Shown here piece after piece: positions 47,295 through 47,910 of a stretch of 47,910 nt of DNA. Origin of the DNA: a virus (taxonomy: Duplodnaviria > Caudoviricetes); the IMG/VR virus record IMGVR_UViG_3300023084_000034, positions 1 through 47,910 of that record. One strand, 5' to 3'. The notes beneath the pieces are model-generated. The model made no database searches. It was given only the letters and a program-made list of their open reading frames with translations, and was not told where the DNA came from. A program made the translations under genes and the position numbers. Positions within the stretch are counted from its first letter, which is position 1. Each line of letters begins with the position of its first letter.

Positions 47295-47317
47295 ATACTT
47301 TTTTTATTTAACGAAAA

Positions 47318-47707
47318 TTATTCTGGTTGTGTTGGTAAGGTATAGGGTGGTGTTTGTGAAGTTATATCTCTCAAATCTTGTCGATATTGAATCCACTCAT
47401 CCAATTTAGAACCCGTGATAGGAGAATGTGGTAGTACCACCCAATCTGATTTAATTAAAAGGTCATCTCGTTCTCTCCTAATATTATTTAATTCAAACTG
47501 AGATTCTTCTTCCGTTGTGTATGGTACATTTGTGTGTACACCATCAATTACTCTACATCGTGTACTTAATGCTTCTTGCCATTCATCATAAGTTAATTCT
47601 ATATATGGTGTATCAAATGAACCACTATCAGGCCATATATCACTTGTATAAAATGATTTATAATTACCACTCCCACTATCGTAATGTCCAAAATATTGTA
47701 TTTCCAT
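47318..47707 (-). CDS. Tail fibre assembly chaperone
   Basis: IRRERDDLLIKSDW...W.QYRQDLRDIT...P signature; follows a fibre gene. Confidence 0.85.
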   Translation of the reverse strand: MEIQYFGHYDSGSGNYKSFYTSDIWPDSGSFDTPYIELTYDEWQEALSTRCRVIDGVHTNVPYTTEEESQFELNNIRRERDDLLIKSDWVVLPHSPITGSKLDEWIQYRQDLRDITSQTPPYTLPTQPE

Positions 47708-47718
47708 AATTTATTTTT

Positions 47719-47910
47719 TTAATGTCCCCATGCCATCCAAAATCCATACTGTCCATCTAAAATCAAATCACATCCACTTCTATCAATATTATAAACATGA
47801 TTAAATCCTCTACTACCATCAGAATTTCTAATCGTTGAACAAACCACCGATGAAACCGAATTTGGAAATTGAACAGGGAATGTAACTGTTTTTGGGGCAG
47901 TACTATCGTT
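47719..47910 (-). CDS. C-terminus of a tail-fibre protein (gp53-like tip domain), truncated by the right window edge
   Basis: Manual translation: ...NDSTAPKTVTFPVQFPNSVSSVVCSTIRNSDGSRGFNHVYNIDRSGCDLILDGQYGFWMAWGH*. TVTFPxxFPN...WxAxG is typical of fibre tips. Confidence 0.75.
   Translation of the reverse strand, partial: NDSTAPKTVTFPVQFPNSVSSVVCSTIRNSDGSRGFNHVYNIDRSGCDLILDGQYGFWMAWGH

Noticed and set aside
7737-47709. Other short plus-strand ORFs and the nested minus-strand ORFs 8457-8672 and 25932-26144
   Set aside because: They overlap well-supported minus-strand genes and show no recognisable motifs or expression signals.
1-47910. tRNA/rRNA genes and stop-codon reassignment
   Set aside because: Intergenic gaps are short with no cloverleaf seen, and genes are full-length and tightly packed under the standard code.

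Overview
AT-rich segment of a large T4-related (Far-T4/RM378-like) tailed phage genome. All credible genes are on the minus strand and the + strand ORFs are antisense shadows. In transcription order (right to left): tail-fibre C-terminus and its chaperone; a glycosylation cassette (GT4-methyltransferase-GT fusion, Aah/TibC-family protein heptosyltransferase, HldC-like and HldA-like ADP-heptose enzymes) bracketed by two paralogous coiled-coil genes; a 1295-aa mosaic protein (HxGH nucleotidyltransferase ... KxDG ligase-like domain); an overlapping spanin-like pair; large terminase; portal; a cluster of putative internal head proteins around the prohead protease; scaffold; major capsid protein; neck and tail-completion genes; a 4481-aa repeat protein; a 288-aa partner; and a >=1815-aa Ser/Gly-rich repeat protein that runs off the left edge and is missing from the ORF track. 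Three candidate systems stand out. (1) Phage-encoded ADP-heptose synthesis plus a protein heptosyltransferase, next to extremely [S/T]-[G/A/S]-S-rich virion proteins, suggesting virion heptosylation. (2) Head polyproteins made of unrelated modules separated by a DNA-identical 15-bp repeat encoding ESVNE, a likely prohead-protease site, suggesting shuffled capsid-packaged cargo arrays. (3) Nineteen phycobiliprotein-like C-x-R-D repeats in the giant protein, whose 19 complementing helices are arranged in a balanced nested order. Family assignments come from motif recognition by eye; no database searches were run.
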